Below are positions 42,227 to 52,315 of a DNA stretch of 64,000 nucleotides, one piece after another. The DNA lies in the NCBI GenBank assembly GCA_052279835.1, contig CP181291.1:704001-768000 (forward strand), written 5' to 3'. The number at the start of each line of letters is the position of its first letter. Position 1 is the stretch's first letter. The position numbers and the translations under genes were made by a program. This stretch comes from Microcoleus sp. Lineage in GTDB: Bacteria > Cyanobacteriota > Cyanobacteriia > Cyanobacteriales > Microcoleaceae. The notes under the pieces are model-generated. The model had not been told where the DNA came from and did not search any database. It worked only from the letters and a program-made list of their open reading frames with translations.

Positions 42227-42697
42227 ATGTCTCGCCGCACAGTTATTCAAAAACGTCCAGTCCCCCCCGATCCAACCTACAACAGCCGGTTGGTGAGCAT
42301 GATGGTGAGGCGGATTATGCAGCACGGTAAAAAATCCGTTGCCTCCAGCATCGTCTACGACGCCCTCAAAACCATCCAAGAACGCACAGGAGCCGAACCG
42401 TTAGACTTGTTTGAAAAAGCAGTGAAAAACGCTACACCCCTAGTGGAAGTCAAAGCCCGCCGCGTAGGTGGAGCCACCTACCAAGTGCCGATGGAAGTCC
42501 GTTCCGATCGCGGAACAACCCTCGCCCTCCGCTGGCTGATCAGATTTGCCAGAGCCAGAACCGGCCGCTCCATGGCCGCCAAGCTCGCCAACGAACTGAT
42601 GGATGCAGCCAATGAAACAGGTAGCGCCATTCGCAAGCGCGAAGAAACCCACCGTATGGCAGAAGCCAACAAGGCCTTCGCCCACTACCGCTACTAA
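42227..42697 (+). CDS. rpsG: 30S ribosomal protein S7
   Basis: [24 protein letters not shown]. Confidence 0.99.
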   Translation: MSRRTVIQKRPVPPDPTYNSRLVSMMVRRIMQHGKKSVASSIVYDALKTIQERTGAEPLDLFEKAVKNATPLVEVKARRVGGATYQVPMEVRSDRGTTLALRWLIRFARARTGRSMAAKLANELMDAANETGSAIRKREETHRMAEANKAFAHYRY

Positions 42698-43034
42698 TAA
42701 TCGCCAAATCTGGTAAGTTCAATTGGACGATTTTGTGGTATGAGAGCATTGGGTGAGAGATTGGAAAATGTAAATTTTTAGTATTGAGGTTGCTTCACCA
42801 AGGCCTAGGCTGCGAGGCACGAAGCAAACTCAACACTGGAAAAATCCCAATTCAAAACTCTCTTAATCCTCCATGTCACATACTTAATATTTTTGTAAAC
42901 AAATCTTGCAAAAAATATTAAAATGTAACAATAAGCTCCATTAACTTATGTTGTCAGTCCGTCGCGACTACAAAATAGGGATTCTGTGTAGTATAATTGT
43001 ATTATAACAGCAGAGAATACTCAAGGAGGTAGCT

Positions 43035-45107
43035 GTGGCACGTACCGTCCCGCTAGAAAAAACCCGCAACATCGGCATCGCAGCCCACATTGATGCGGGC
43101 AAAACAACAACAACTGAAAGAATTCTGTTCTATTCAGGCATGGTTCACAAAATGGGTGAAGTGCATGAAGGAACAGCAGTTACCGACTGGATGGAGCAAG
43201 AGCGGGAGCGGGGAATTACGATTACTGCCGCCGCTATCACCACCAGTTGGAAAGATTACAAAATCAACATCATCGACACTCCCGGACACGTAGACTTCAC
43301 GATCGAAGTAGAACGATCCATGCGAGTGCTAGATGGAGTGATCGCAGTATTCTGCTCGGTAGGCGGAGTTCAGCCACAATCGGAAACAGTTTGGCGACAA
43401 GCCGATCGGTACAAAGTGCCACGGATTGTGTTCGTCAACAAAATGGATCGGATGGGCGCTAACTTTTATAAAGTCTACGGTCAAATTCGCGATCGCATGA
43501 GAGCGAACGCCGTACCAATCCAAATCCCGATCGGCAGCGAAGAAAACTTCCGGGGAATAGTAGACCTAGTGCACATGAAAGCCTACATCTACAACAACGA
43601 CACCGGCACGGATATCGAAGAAGTAGAAATCCCCGAAGAAGTCAAAGAGCTAGCCTCTGAATACCGCACCAAACTGATCGAATCAGTAGCAGAAACCAGC
43701 GACGCCCTCACCGAGAAATACCTCGAAGGCGTAGAACTAAGCGAAGACGAAATCCATTCGGCCCTGCGCCACGGGACGCTCGTTGGCAGCATCGTTCCCA
43801 TGCTGTGCGGTTCAGCTTTCAAAAACAAAGGCGTTCAGTTGTTGTTGGATGCAGTGATCGAGTATCTGCCGTCGCCCTTGGAGGTTCCCCCAATTCAAGG
43901 ACACCTAGCCAACGGCGACATCGCAGAGCGACACGCCGATGACAATGCTCCCCTGTCAGCTCTGGCATTCAAAATCATGTCAGACCCCTACGGCCGCCTC
44001 ACCTTTGTGCGGGTATACTCCGGTATCCTCAAAAAAGGTACTTACGTCCTCAACTCCACCAAAGACAAAAAAGAGCGAGTCTCTCGCCTGATTGTTCTGA
44101 AAGCGGACGATCGGATTGAAGTAGAAGAACTGCGCGCCGGAGACTTAGGAGCAGCCTTGGGCTTGAAAGACACCTTCACCGGTGACACCCTCTGCGACGA
44201 AACAGCACCAGTAATCCTGGAATCCCTGTTTATTCCAGAGCCAGTCATCTCGGTGGCGGTGGAACCCAAAACCAAACAAGACATGGAGAAGCTCTCCAAA
44301 GCCCTCCAGTCCCTCTCGGAAGAAGACCCCACCTTCAGAGTCAACGTTGACCCAGAAACCAACCAGACAGTCATCGCCGGCATGGGCGAACTGCACTTGG
44401 AAATTCTGGTAGACAGGATGCTGCGCGAATTCAAAGTAGAAGCCAACGTCGGTCAGCCACAAGTAGCCTACCGCGAAACCATTCGCAAAGCCGTCCGCGC
44501 CGAGGGTAAATTTATCCGCCAAAGCGGCGGTAAAGGTCAGTACGGTCACGTCGTGATCGAACTAGAACCCGCAGAAGAAGGAACCGGCTTTGAATTTGTC
44601 TCCAAAATTGTTGGCGGCACTGTACCGAAAGAGTACATCGGCCCGGCAGCACAAGGGATGAAAGAAGCCTGCGAATCAGGTATTGTAGCAGGATATCCCG
44701 TGATTGACCTCAGAGCTACTATGGTAGATGGGTCTTTCCACGACGTAGACTCCTCAGAAATGGCCTTTAAGATCGCCGGCTCAATGGCGATCAAAGAAGC
44801 CGTAATGAAGGCAACGCCTGTGCTGCTAGAGCCTATGATGAAGGTAGAGGTCGAAGTTCCCGAAGATTACATCGGGAACGTCATCGGAGACCTCAACTCC
44901 CGTCGGGGTCAGATTGAGGGTCAAGAGACGGATCAGGGAATTGCCAAAGTTTCTGTAAAAGTTCCACTAGCAGAAATGTTTGGTTACGCCACTGACATCC
45001 GCTCGAAAACCCAAGGTCGAGGCATCTTCACAATGGAATTCAGCCATTACGAAGAAGTGCCGCGAAATGTGGCAGAAGCCATTATCGCTAAGAACAAAGG
45101 GAACTAA
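43035..45107 (+). CDS. fusA: Elongation factor G
   Basis: [25 protein letters not shown] before GTG. Confidence 0.99.
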   Translation: MARTVPLEKTRNIGIAAHIDAGKTTTTERILFYSGMVHKMGEVHEGTAVTDWMEQERERGITITAAAITTSWKDYKINIIDTPGHVDFTIEVERSMRVLDGVIAVFCSVGGVQPQSETVWRQADRYKVPRIVFVNKMDRMGANFYKVYGQIRDRMRANAVPIQIPIGSEENFRGIVDLVHMKAYIYNNDTGTDIEEVEIPEEVKELASEYRTKLIESVAETSDALTEKYLEGVELSEDEIHSALRHGTLVGSIVPMLCGSAFKNKGVQLLLDAVIEYLPSPLEVPPIQGHLANGDIAERHADDNAPLSALAFKIMSDPYGRLTFVRVYSGILKKGTYVLNSTKDKKERVSRLIVLKADDRIEVEELRAGDLGAALGLKDTFTGDTLCDETAPVILESLFIPEPVISVAVEPKTKQDMEKLSKALQSLSEEDPTFRVNVDPETNQTVIAGMGELHLEILVDRMLREFKVEANVGQPQVAYRETIRKAVRAEGKFIRQSGGKGQYGHVVIELEPAEEGTGFEFVSKIVGGTVPKEYIGPAAQGMKEACESGIVAGYPVIDLRATMVDGSFHDVDSSEMAFKIAGSMAIKEAVMKATPVLLEPMMKVEVEVPEDYIGNVIGDLNSRRGQIEGQETDQGIAKVSVKVPLAEMFGYATDIRSKTQGRGIFTMEFSHYEEVPRNVAEAIIAKNKGN

Positions 45108-45108
45108 T

Positions 45109-45180
45109 GATTGGAGATTTGAGATTTTGGATTTTGGATTGAATCCAAAATCTCCCATCTCAAATCTCAAGTCTAAAATC
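45109..45180. repeat. Inverted heptamer repeat hairpin between fusA and tuf
   Basis: gagattttggatt..aatccaaaatctc. Confidence 0.7.
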
Positions 45181-45208
45181 GCTAAAAAAAACAAGGAACA
45201 CATCGAGA

Positions 45209-46438
45209 ATGGCACGCGCAAAATTTGAACGGAATAAACCCCACGTAAACATCGGCACGATCGGTCACGTTGACCACGGCAAAACAACCTTAACCGCCGC
45301 GATTACCATGACCCTTTCGGCTCTGGGTCAGGCCAAGGGTAAGAAGTATGACGAAATCGACGCCGCCCCTGAAGAAAAAGCACGGGGTATTACGATTAAT
45401 ACTGCTCACGTTGAGTACGAAACCACAGATAGGCACTACGCCCACGTTGACTGCCCCGGACACGCTGACTATGTGAAAAACATGATCACTGGTGCTGCTC
45501 AAATGGACGGTGGCATCCTAGTCGTGTCAGCGGCTGATGGTCCCATGCCTCAAACACGCGAACACATCCTGTTAGCTAAGCAAGTTGGCGTTCCTAGCTT
45601 GGTGGTTTTCTTGAACAAAGAAGACATGGTAGATGACGCAGAACTTTTGGAATTGGTGGAAATGGAAGTTCGCGAACTTCTAAGCTCTTACGATTTTCCT
45701 GGCGATGATATCCCCATCGTCACCGGTTCGGGACTGAAAGCTCTCGAAGCCATGATTGCAAATCCCAAGTCTGTCAAGGGCGAAAATCCCTGGATTGACA
45801 AGATTTATGCACTGATGGAAGCAGTGGATAGTTACATCCCCACCCCCGAACGTGAAATTGATAAGCCATTCTTGATGGCAGTAGAAGACGTATTCTCCAT
45901 TACAGGTCGGGGTACTGTCGCTACTGGCCGGATTGAACGTGGTAAGATCAAAGTAGGCGAAAACGTCGAACTCGTAGGTCTCAAGGACACTCGCAGCACT
46001 ACCGTGACTGGTGTAGAAATGTTCACCAAGTCTTTGGATGAAGGCTTGGCTGGGGACAACGTGGGCTTACTGTTGCGGGGGATTTTGAAGGCAGATATTG
46101 AACGCGGCATGGTGATTGCCAAGCCAAAAAGCATCTTGCCTCACACTCAGTTTGAATCTGAAGTCTACATCCTGAAGAAGGAAGAAGGTGGTCGTCACAC
46201 GCCCTTTTTCTCTGGCTACCGCCCTCAGTTCTACGTTCGTACAACTGATGTAACTGGTACGATCATGCAGTTCACCGCTGATGACGGCTCCGAAGCAGAA
46301 ATGGTGATGCCAGGTGACCGGATCAAGATGACTGTGGAGCTGATTCACCCGATCGCGATCGAACAAGGAATGCGTTTTGCAATCCGTGAAGGCGGACGCA
46401 CCGTCGGCGCAGGCGTTGTTTCCAAAATCCTCAAGTAG
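45209..46438 (+). CDS. tuf: Elongation factor Tu
   Basis: [27 protein letters not shown]. Confidence 0.99.
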   Translation: MARAKFERNKPHVNIGTIGHVDHGKTTLTAAITMTLSALGQAKGKKYDEIDAAPEEKARGITINTAHVEYETTDRHYAHVDCPGHADYVKNMITGAAQMDGGILVVSAADGPMPQTREHILLAKQVGVPSLVVFLNKEDMVDDAELLELVEMEVRELLSSYDFPGDDIPIVTGSGLKALEAMIANPKSVKGENPWIDKIYALMEAVDSYIPTPEREIDKPFLMAVEDVFSITGRGTVATGRIERGKIKVGENVELVGLKDTRSTTVTGVEMFTKSLDEGLAGDNVGLLLRGILKADIERGMVIAKPKSILPHTQFESEVYILKKEEGGRHTPFFSGYRPQFYVRTTDVTGTIMQFTADDGSEAEMVMPGDRIKMTVELIHPIAIEQGMRFAIREGGRTVGAGVVSKILK

Positions 46439-46449
46439 GAATACGCTCA

Positions 46450-46650
46450 TAGTCAGTAGTCATTAGTCAGTAGTCAGTAGTCAGTAGTTAGTAGTTAGTA
46501 GTTAGTGGTCAGTTGTCCTTAGTTTATATTAGTAGTTAGCTAATGACTAATGACTACTGACTAATAACTAACGACTAATAACTAATGACTAATAACTAAT
46601 AACTAATGACTAATAACTAATAACTAATGACTAATGACTAATGACTAATA
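46450..46650. repeat. Inverted STRR arrays between tuf and rpsJ
   Basis: (AGTCAGT/AGTTAGT)n followed by complementary (ACTAATG/ACTAATA)n. Confidence 0.88.
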
Positions 46651-46683
46651 ATAAACAGAACCTAGAAAATTAAAGAAACCAAA

Positions 46684-47001
46684 ATGGCAGCTATCCCACA
46701 ACAAAAAATTCGCATCCGCCTCAAAGCTTTTGACCGACGCATTCTAGACGCATCCTGCGAAAAGATTGTAGATACAGCAAATCGGACAGCAGCCACTGCG
46801 ATCGGTCCGATTCCCCTACCTACAAAACGGCGGATTTATTGCTTGCTGCGATCGCCCCACGTAGACAAAGATTCTCGCGAACACTTTGAAACTCGCACGC
46901 ACCGCCGCATCATCGACATTCACCAGCCTTCAGCTAAAACAATTGACGCTTTGATGAAACTGGATTTGCCAGCAGGCGTAGATATCGAAGTCAAGCTGTA
47001 G
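46684..47001 (+). CDS. rpsJ: 30S ribosomal protein S10
   Basis: [24 protein letters not shown]. Confidence 0.99.
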   Translation: MAAIPQQKIRIRLKAFDRRILDASCEKIVDTANRTAATAIGPIPLPTKRRIYCLLRSPHVDKDSREHFETRTHRRIIDIHQPSAKTIDALMKLDLPAGVDIEVKL

Positions 47002-47022
47002 ATTGAAAGTTTGAGAAATCAC

Positions 47023-47062
47023 AAAAAAAGGAACAAGGGAAAAATTCTTTGTTCCTTTTTTT
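47023..47062 (+). terminator. Intrinsic terminator of the str/rpsJ operon
   Basis: aaaaaaaggaacaag..ctttgttccttttttt. Confidence 0.8.
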
Positions 47063-47115
47063 ATTAGTCCCGGACGCAAAGATAGTCAAAAACCGGGTTG
47101 TTTACGAACTCAATA

Positions 47116-47185
47116 GGATTTAGCGGGGTTGGGGGTTGGAGGAATTGCCGCCGGAGATTGGCAAGTGCTCTGGGCTTGAGACGTT
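47116..47185 (+). pseudogene. Roco gene 5' stub 1 (DLAGLGLEELPPEIGKC fragment)
   Basis: Near-identical to about 48786-48854, with one extra G. Confidence 0.8.
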
Positions 47186-47228
47186 ATAATCAGTATAATA
47201 GTAGATAGCTAAAAAATGGATTTTAGAT

Positions 47229-47567
47229 ATGGAACTAAATCAGTATTTTGATTTTTTAGCAGCGGATGATATTCGCATTAAAGGACATCGCATAGGGATT
47301 GAGACGGTACTGTATGAGTATCTGTATAGGGAACGCACCGCCGAAGAAATTCAGCAACTATACCCTTCTCTAACATTGGCAGAAGTTTATACGACTATTT
47401 TGTATTATTTGGTGAACCAGGAATCAGTAAGTCGATACATACAAGATTGGTTGGAATGGTCGCACCAGCAACGAAAACTGCAAGCAGCAAATCCCCATCC
47501 CGCTACGGAAAGATTGCGAAAATTGAAGGCTGAACGGGAAAGACAAACTGCGATTCAGGGCGCTTAA
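47229..47567 (+). CDS. DUF433 family protein (putative VapB45-like antitoxin)
   Basis: IRIKGHRIGIETVL..TAEEIQQLYPSLTLAEVY. Confidence 0.85.
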   Translation: MELNQYFDFLAADDIRIKGHRIGIETVLYEYLYRERTAEEIQQLYPSLTLAEVYTTILYYLVNQESVSRYIQDWLEWSHQQRKLQAANPHPATERLRKLKAERERQTAIQGA

Positions 47568-47570
47568 GGA

Positions 47571-47608
47571 ATGGCGCTTAAATATTTAATGGATGAGAAT
47601 GTTACGCC
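47571..47608 (+). pseudogene. 5' stub of a DUF5615/PIN-like toxin
   Basis: MALKYLMDENV starts 3 nt after the DUF433 stop, then runs into the REP repeat. Confidence 0.65.
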
Positions 47609-47899
47609 TGGCCAGAAACCGGGTTTTTACGAAAATTGTTGGTGATAGCGCAGAAACTCAAAAAAACCCGGTTTCTTAGATTGTCGTGGGAAAAACTCCC
47701 CACCAAGCAAAAAATCCTGTCACAATCAAATCAAGACTACCGAGAGACAAAAGATATGACGCGAGAAGAGTTGTTGCAGTTAATCGACTCATCGGCATCG
47801 GAGGGCTGCACAGAATTAGATTTAGCGGGGTTGGGGTTGGAGGAATTGCCACCGGAGATTGGCAAGTGTTCTCCGCTTAAGAAGTTGGTGTTGGGGAAA
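47609..47899 (+). repeat. About 290-bp diverged duplicate of the Roco upstream region + first about 48 codons (stub 2, ATG 47756)
   Basis: Aligns with about 48575-48867. Confidence 0.9.
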
Positions 47900-47954
47900 T
47901 TTGATATTATAGTTTCATCGATCGCACTATTCGACATTCCGTAAATTATCAACT

Positions 47955-48275
47955 ATGAACATTCAGTTAGTTGACTCGTTAATTCAAGTCATTGAGTCGC
48001 TGACACCTGAAGAGAGTTTGCTCTTCCAAGAAAAACTTTCAGCGAGGGCGATTCAAAGTACGCCTGGAGTGTGTGGAGGATATGCCCGAATTCGCAACAC
48101 TCGCATTCCGGTTTGGACGCTGGTTTCGCTGAAACAACAGGGCGCTGATGAGGTCGAATTACTTCGTAATTATCCGGGTTTGTCGGGTTTCGATTTAGAG
48201 AATGCTTGGCGTTATTACGATCGCCACCGCGCAGAAATCGATCGTATTATTGTTTCTCATCAAACCGATGATTAA
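47955..48275 (+). CDS. DUF433 family protein (putative antitoxin)
   Basis: TPGVCGGYARIRNTRIPVWTL..ELLRNYPGL. Confidence 0.88.
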   Translation: MNIQLVDSLIQVIESLTPEESLLFQEKLSARAIQSTPGVCGGYARIRNTRIPVWTLVSLKQQGADEVELLRNYPGLSGFDLENAWRYYDRHRAEIDRIIVSHQTDD

Positions 48276-48372
48276 AATGGTGAGGCTGTATTAACAATCA
48301 AAATTTGGCGATCGCAATTATCGATTGTTTGCGTAGCCTTTTTCCTCAAACAGGATCTTTCGCTCATTTCAA

Positions 48373-48505
48373 TAGTCCGGCAGGGGTTTAAACCCCTGCC
48401 TCAAAGCGGAAGTCCTCTAAAAGAGGACTAAAGAATGAAGAACTCATGAGTCCTCTTCCAGAGGACTTTCGCTATTAGACAGGGAATTGATTCCCTGGCG
48501 GACTA
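48373..48505. repeat. Multi-hairpin REP/MITE-like element
   Basis: Ends tagtccggcaggg / ccctggcggacta; internal agtcctct..agaggact palindromes twice. Confidence 0.75.
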
Positions 48506-48723
48506 TCGGGTGGGCGACAAGACTCGGTGAACTGACAGCTTCATTTGATACACCTCTCCAGATTTCGCGCGGGTGGCCAGAAACCGGGTTTTTGCGAACA
48601 TTGTTGGTGACAGTCGTAGAAACTCAAAAAAACCCGGTTTCTTAGATGACGATGCGCGATTCTTTCCCCACCAAGCAAAAAATCCTGTCACAATCAAATG
48701 AAGACTACGGGGAGACAAAAGAT

Positions 48724-51700
48724 ATGACGCGAGAAGAGTTGTTGCAGTTAATCGACAAAGCGGCTGATGAGGGCTCCACAGAATTGGATTTGGCGGGGTT
48801 GGGGTTGGAGGAATTGCCGCCGGAGATTGGCAAGTGCACGCAGCTTGAGACGTTGGTGTTGGGGAAGGTAAAGAGATGGGGAGGGGCTGATGGTAAATGG
48901 ACTCCGCAGCCGATTACCAATCAATTGACCTCACTACCAGAGGAATTGCGATCGCTGGAAAAGTTGCGATCGATTAATCTCAGTGGCAATCCATTCGGAA
49001 GGATGCCTGAATTGCTGCTGGAAATGAAGCAATTAAAAAGTTTAAATTTAACCAGTATTGGTTTGACAGAAATTCCAGAAGCGATCGGGAAATTACCCAA
49101 TTTGACAAAGCTTGACATCAGTTTCAATCTGATTGAAGATATTCTAGAAGTGTTACCAAAGCTTTGCGAAATACTCAGCAAACTGTCCAACCTGACACAG
49201 GTTAACCTTGGTGGCAATCAGATTGCAGAAATCCCAGAGGCGATCACTCAATTATCTAATCTGAAAGTGCTTAACCTCGATGCCAATCAGATCACAGAAA
49301 TCCCCGAAGCGATCGCCCAACTGTCCAATCTGACACAGCTTGACCTCAGTAAGAATCAGATTACTGTCATCCCAGAGGCGATCATTGGTCAACTGTCCAA
49401 TCTGACATCGCTTGGCCTTAGAAACAATCAGATCACCCAAATCCCTGATGCGATCGGTCAACTATCGAATCTGACATGGCTTGGCCTTTGGGAAAATCAG
49501 ATCACACAAATCCCAGATGCGATCGGTCAACTATCGAATCTGACACACCTTTACCTTTGGGAAAATCAGATCACAGAAATCCCAGAAGCGATCGCTCAAC
49601 TGTCCAATCTGACACAGCTTGTCCTCAGTAACAATCAGATTACCGTCATCCCAGAGGCGATCGGCAAATTATCTAATCTAACATGGCTTTTCCTCAGCAA
49701 CAATCAGATTACCGTCATCCCAGAGGCGATCAGCCAATTATCCAATCTGACATCGCTTTTCCTCACAAACAATAAAATTGAAAAGATTCCTGAATGCTTA
49801 GAAACACTCCCAAAACTTGAAAAACTCGACCTCCGCTGCAATCCTCTGCCCATTTCTCCAGAAGTTCTAGACCCGGTAAACCTGAGCGAAGCCCCCGGTA
49901 CTCCCGCCGCCATCTTCAACTACCTCCGCCAACTCCGCAGCGGCGAAGTTCTCCCCCTCAACGAAGCCAAAGTCCTCCTCGTCGGACAAGGAAGCGTCGG
50001 CAAAACCTCCCTCATCAACCGCCTCACCCACAACAAATACAACCCCAACGAACCCCAAACCGACGGACTAAACATCACAAACTGGCAAATTACAGTCAAC
50101 ACCAAACCCGTCAAACTCAACGTCTGGGACTTCGGCGGACAAGAAATCTACCACGCCACCCACCAATTTTTCCTCACCAAACGCAGCCTCTACCTCCTCG
50201 TCTCCAACTGCCGCACCAGCGAAGACGAAAACCGCCTCGAATACTGGCTGAAACTGATCGAAAGCTTCGGCGACGCCTCCCCCGTCATCATCATCGGCAA
50301 CAAGTGCGACGAACAACCCCTGGATCTCAACCGCAAAGCCTTGCGCGATAAATATCCCAACATCAAAGCCATCATCGAAACCTCCTGCCAAAGCGGCACG
50401 GGCATCGACGAACTCCGCAATGCCATCCACACCGAAATCTCCGAGCTCAAGGAAGTTTACGATCTTTTGCCGCTAAGCTGGTTCCAAGTCAAGCAGCGCC
50501 TGGAAAACCTCGACAAAGATTTCATCAGCATCAGCGAATACGCCAGCATCTGCGGCAAAGAAAATATCTGGGAAGAAACCGACAAAACCCAATTACTAGA
50601 ACTGCTGCACAATCTGGGCATTGTCCTCAACTTCCGCGAACACCCCATCCTGCAATCCACCAACATCCTCAATCCCCACTGGGTGACTGAAGGCATCTAC
50701 GCCCTCCTCAGCGACGACGCACTCAAAGTCAAAACCAAAGGCATTCTCACCTACGCAGAACTCAGCCGCATCCTCGACTCAACTAAATATCCCAGCCACC
50801 GTTACAACTGTCTCACTGAGTTGATGGGCGAATTTCAACTCTGCTTCCCCCTCAGCCATTGCCATGCGCCGACTTTCCTCATCCCCGGCATCTTGCCCAA
50901 AGAAGAACCGGAAAACACCAAACTCGAAGGCGAAACCCTGGAATTTCAATATCACTACCGCATCCTCCCCGACAGCATCCTCTCCCGTTTCATCGTCCTC
51001 ATGCACGAGAAAATCCACAACAGCACCCACTGGCGCACGGGGGTAATGCTGGAGTACACCGAAGGCGCTGAGGTGTACAATATCGCCCGAATTAAATCTG
51101 ACCCGGAAGATGAGAAAATCTCGATCGCGGTTAGCGGGCGGGAATCGACGCGGCGTTCTTTTTTGAGCATGATTCGGGATACATTTACCAAAATCCACAA
51201 TTCTTTTGCGAATCTGGAAATCAGTCAATGGGTGCCGGTTCCCGGTTATCCCGATGCCGATCCGCTGGATTACGAGGAATTGCTAGGATTGGAGGAGATG
51301 GGCGAGACTAAGGTGCGGGTGGGGAAACTTAAAAAGAGTTGGGATTTGCGGCCGTTGTTGGATGGCTATGAGTCGATCGAACTTCGGCGCAGAAGGCAAA
51401 TGGGCGATGAAAAATATGGAAGAGAATATGACGATCTTGTAGATATCGCTAAACTAGCAGTTAGCAGACCAATTATTAATAAAGCAGAAGCAAAAATGAC
51501 TCAAAATTCTTCTGAAACCAACAACTTTCAAGGCGCTTTTCAAGGTGCTAACTTTTCCGGCAATATCGGCGGTTCGTCTAACAGCGCAAAAGTTGGTAAT
51601 CAATCTGTCCAAAATAATCATAATGCCAATACCGAGGAAATTCTGAAACTAATTTCATCCATGCGAGAAACAGCGACACAATTTCCAGAAGACATTCGCG

Positions 51701-51915
51701 AGGGTGTAATTATTGATATTGAAGATGTCGAATCCGAAATTAAGAAACCAGAGAAGGAAAGAAATCCAGCTAGATTAAAGAAAAATTTAAAAGCTATTTT
51801 AGCGACGGCGGCTGCGATCGGAGTTGGCATTGCAGGTGCTGTTGACTTGGCTAATAAGACGATCGATCTAGGTGAAAAAGTAGGAATCGAAATTCAGCTA
51901 CCGCCAGCCCCCTAA
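48724..51915 (+). CDS. Roco protein: leucine-rich repeats + Roc GTPase + COR domain + C-terminal tail
   Basis: 23-aa LRRs (NQITEIPEAIxQLSNLT); GQGSVGKT, WDFGGQ, NKCD; likely start MTREELL at 48724. Confidence 0.93.
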   Translation: MTREELLQLIDKAADEGSTELDLAGLGLEELPPEIGKCTQLETLVLGKVKRWGGADGKWTPQPITNQLTSLPEELRSLEKLRSINLSGNPFGRMPELLLEMKQLKSLNLTSIGLTEIPEAIGKLPNLTKLDISFNLIEDILEVLPKLCEILSKLSNLTQVNLGGNQIAEIPEAITQLSNLKVLNLDANQITEIPEAIAQLSNLTQLDLSKNQITVIPEAIIGQLSNLTSLGLRNNQITQIPDAIGQLSNLTWLGLWENQITQIPDAIGQLSNLTHLYLWENQITEIPEAIAQLSNLTQLVLSNNQITVIPEAIGKLSNLTWLFLSNNQITVIPEAISQLSNLTSLFLTNNKIEKIPECLETLPKLEKLDLRCNPLPISPEVLDPVNLSEAPGTPAAIFNYLRQLRSGEVLPLNEAKVLLVGQGSVGKTSLINRLTHNKYNPNEPQTDGLNITNWQITVNTKPVKLNVWDFGGQEIYHATHQFFLTKRSLYLLVSNCRTSEDENRLEYWLKLIESFGDASPVIIIGNKCDEQPLDLNRKALRDKYPNIKAIIETSCQSGTGIDELRNAIHTEISELKEVYDLLPLSWFQVKQRLENLDKDFISISEYASICGKENIWEETDKTQLLELLHNLGIVLNFREHPILQSTNILNPHWVTEGIYALLSDDALKVKTKGILTYAELSRILDSTKYPSHRYNCLTELMGEFQLCFPLSHCHAPTFLIPGILPKEEPENTKLEGETLEFQYHYRILPDSILSRFIVLMHEKIHNSTHWRTGVMLEYTEGAEVYNIARIKSDPEDEKISIAVSGRESTRRSFLSMIRDTFTKIHNSFANLEISQWVPVPGYPDADPLDYEELLGLEEMGETKVRVGKLKKSWDLRPLLDGYESIELRRRRQMGDEKYGREYDDLVDIAKLAVSRPIINKAEAKMTQNSSETNNFQGAFQGANFSGNIGGSSNSAKVGNQSVQNNHNANTEEILKLISSMRETATQFPEDIREGVIIDIEDVESEIKKPEKERNPARLKKNLKAILATAAAIGVGIAGAVDLANKTIDLGEKVGIEIQLPPAP

Positions 51916-52164
51916 ATAGGGTTTGCTGAATAATCGATCGCTTTTTGGCGATCGGGAGTGATTGATTATTCAACCAGAGTTAAAGATGAGTTTTTCCTGC
52001 CTCTGGGGGGCTAGAGACAAGCTCAGCTTTTTTGTACACGATCGCAGGTGGTGATGCACGGGTTTTGACCTATTCTACCTGTTTATTTTGCACTTTACTC
52101 TCGATCGCGCCATCGAATAACCTTTCGCCACGTCAAGTGCGATCGATTATTCAGCAAACCCTAT
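51916..52164. mobile_element. MITE with 26-bp perfect terminal inverted repeats
   Basis: atagggtttgctgaataatcgatcgc (51916-51941) and its reverse complement (52139-52164); no ORF. Confidence 0.8.
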
Positions 52165-52166
52165 CT

Positions 52167-52285
52167 AGAGGCTCTGCCTCACTTGGGGGATAAAAAGAGG
52201 AGGCAGAGCCTCCGGATCTGCGTTCCCAGGCAGAGCCTGGGAACGAGCAAAGTTGTCACCAATGGGCTCTGCCTGAGAACGAGCA
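52167..52285. repeat. REP-like palindromic repeat (GAGGCTCTGCCTC / GTTCCCAGGCAGAGCCTGGGAAC)
   Basis: Nested palindromes visible downstream of secA. Confidence 0.7.
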
Positions 52286-52315
52286 AAACATTCAACAATC
52301 AACCATTAACTATCT

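Noticed and set aside
47636..47944. 102-aa ORF as a real gene
   Set aside because: It is a chimeric read of a REP repeat plus the duplicated Roco 5' stub; treated as a pseudogene fragment.
47609..48867. Diversity-generating retroelement template/variable repeat pair
   Set aside because: Differences between the copies are not adenine-specific, the repeat is at the gene's 5' end, and no reverse transcriptase is in the window.
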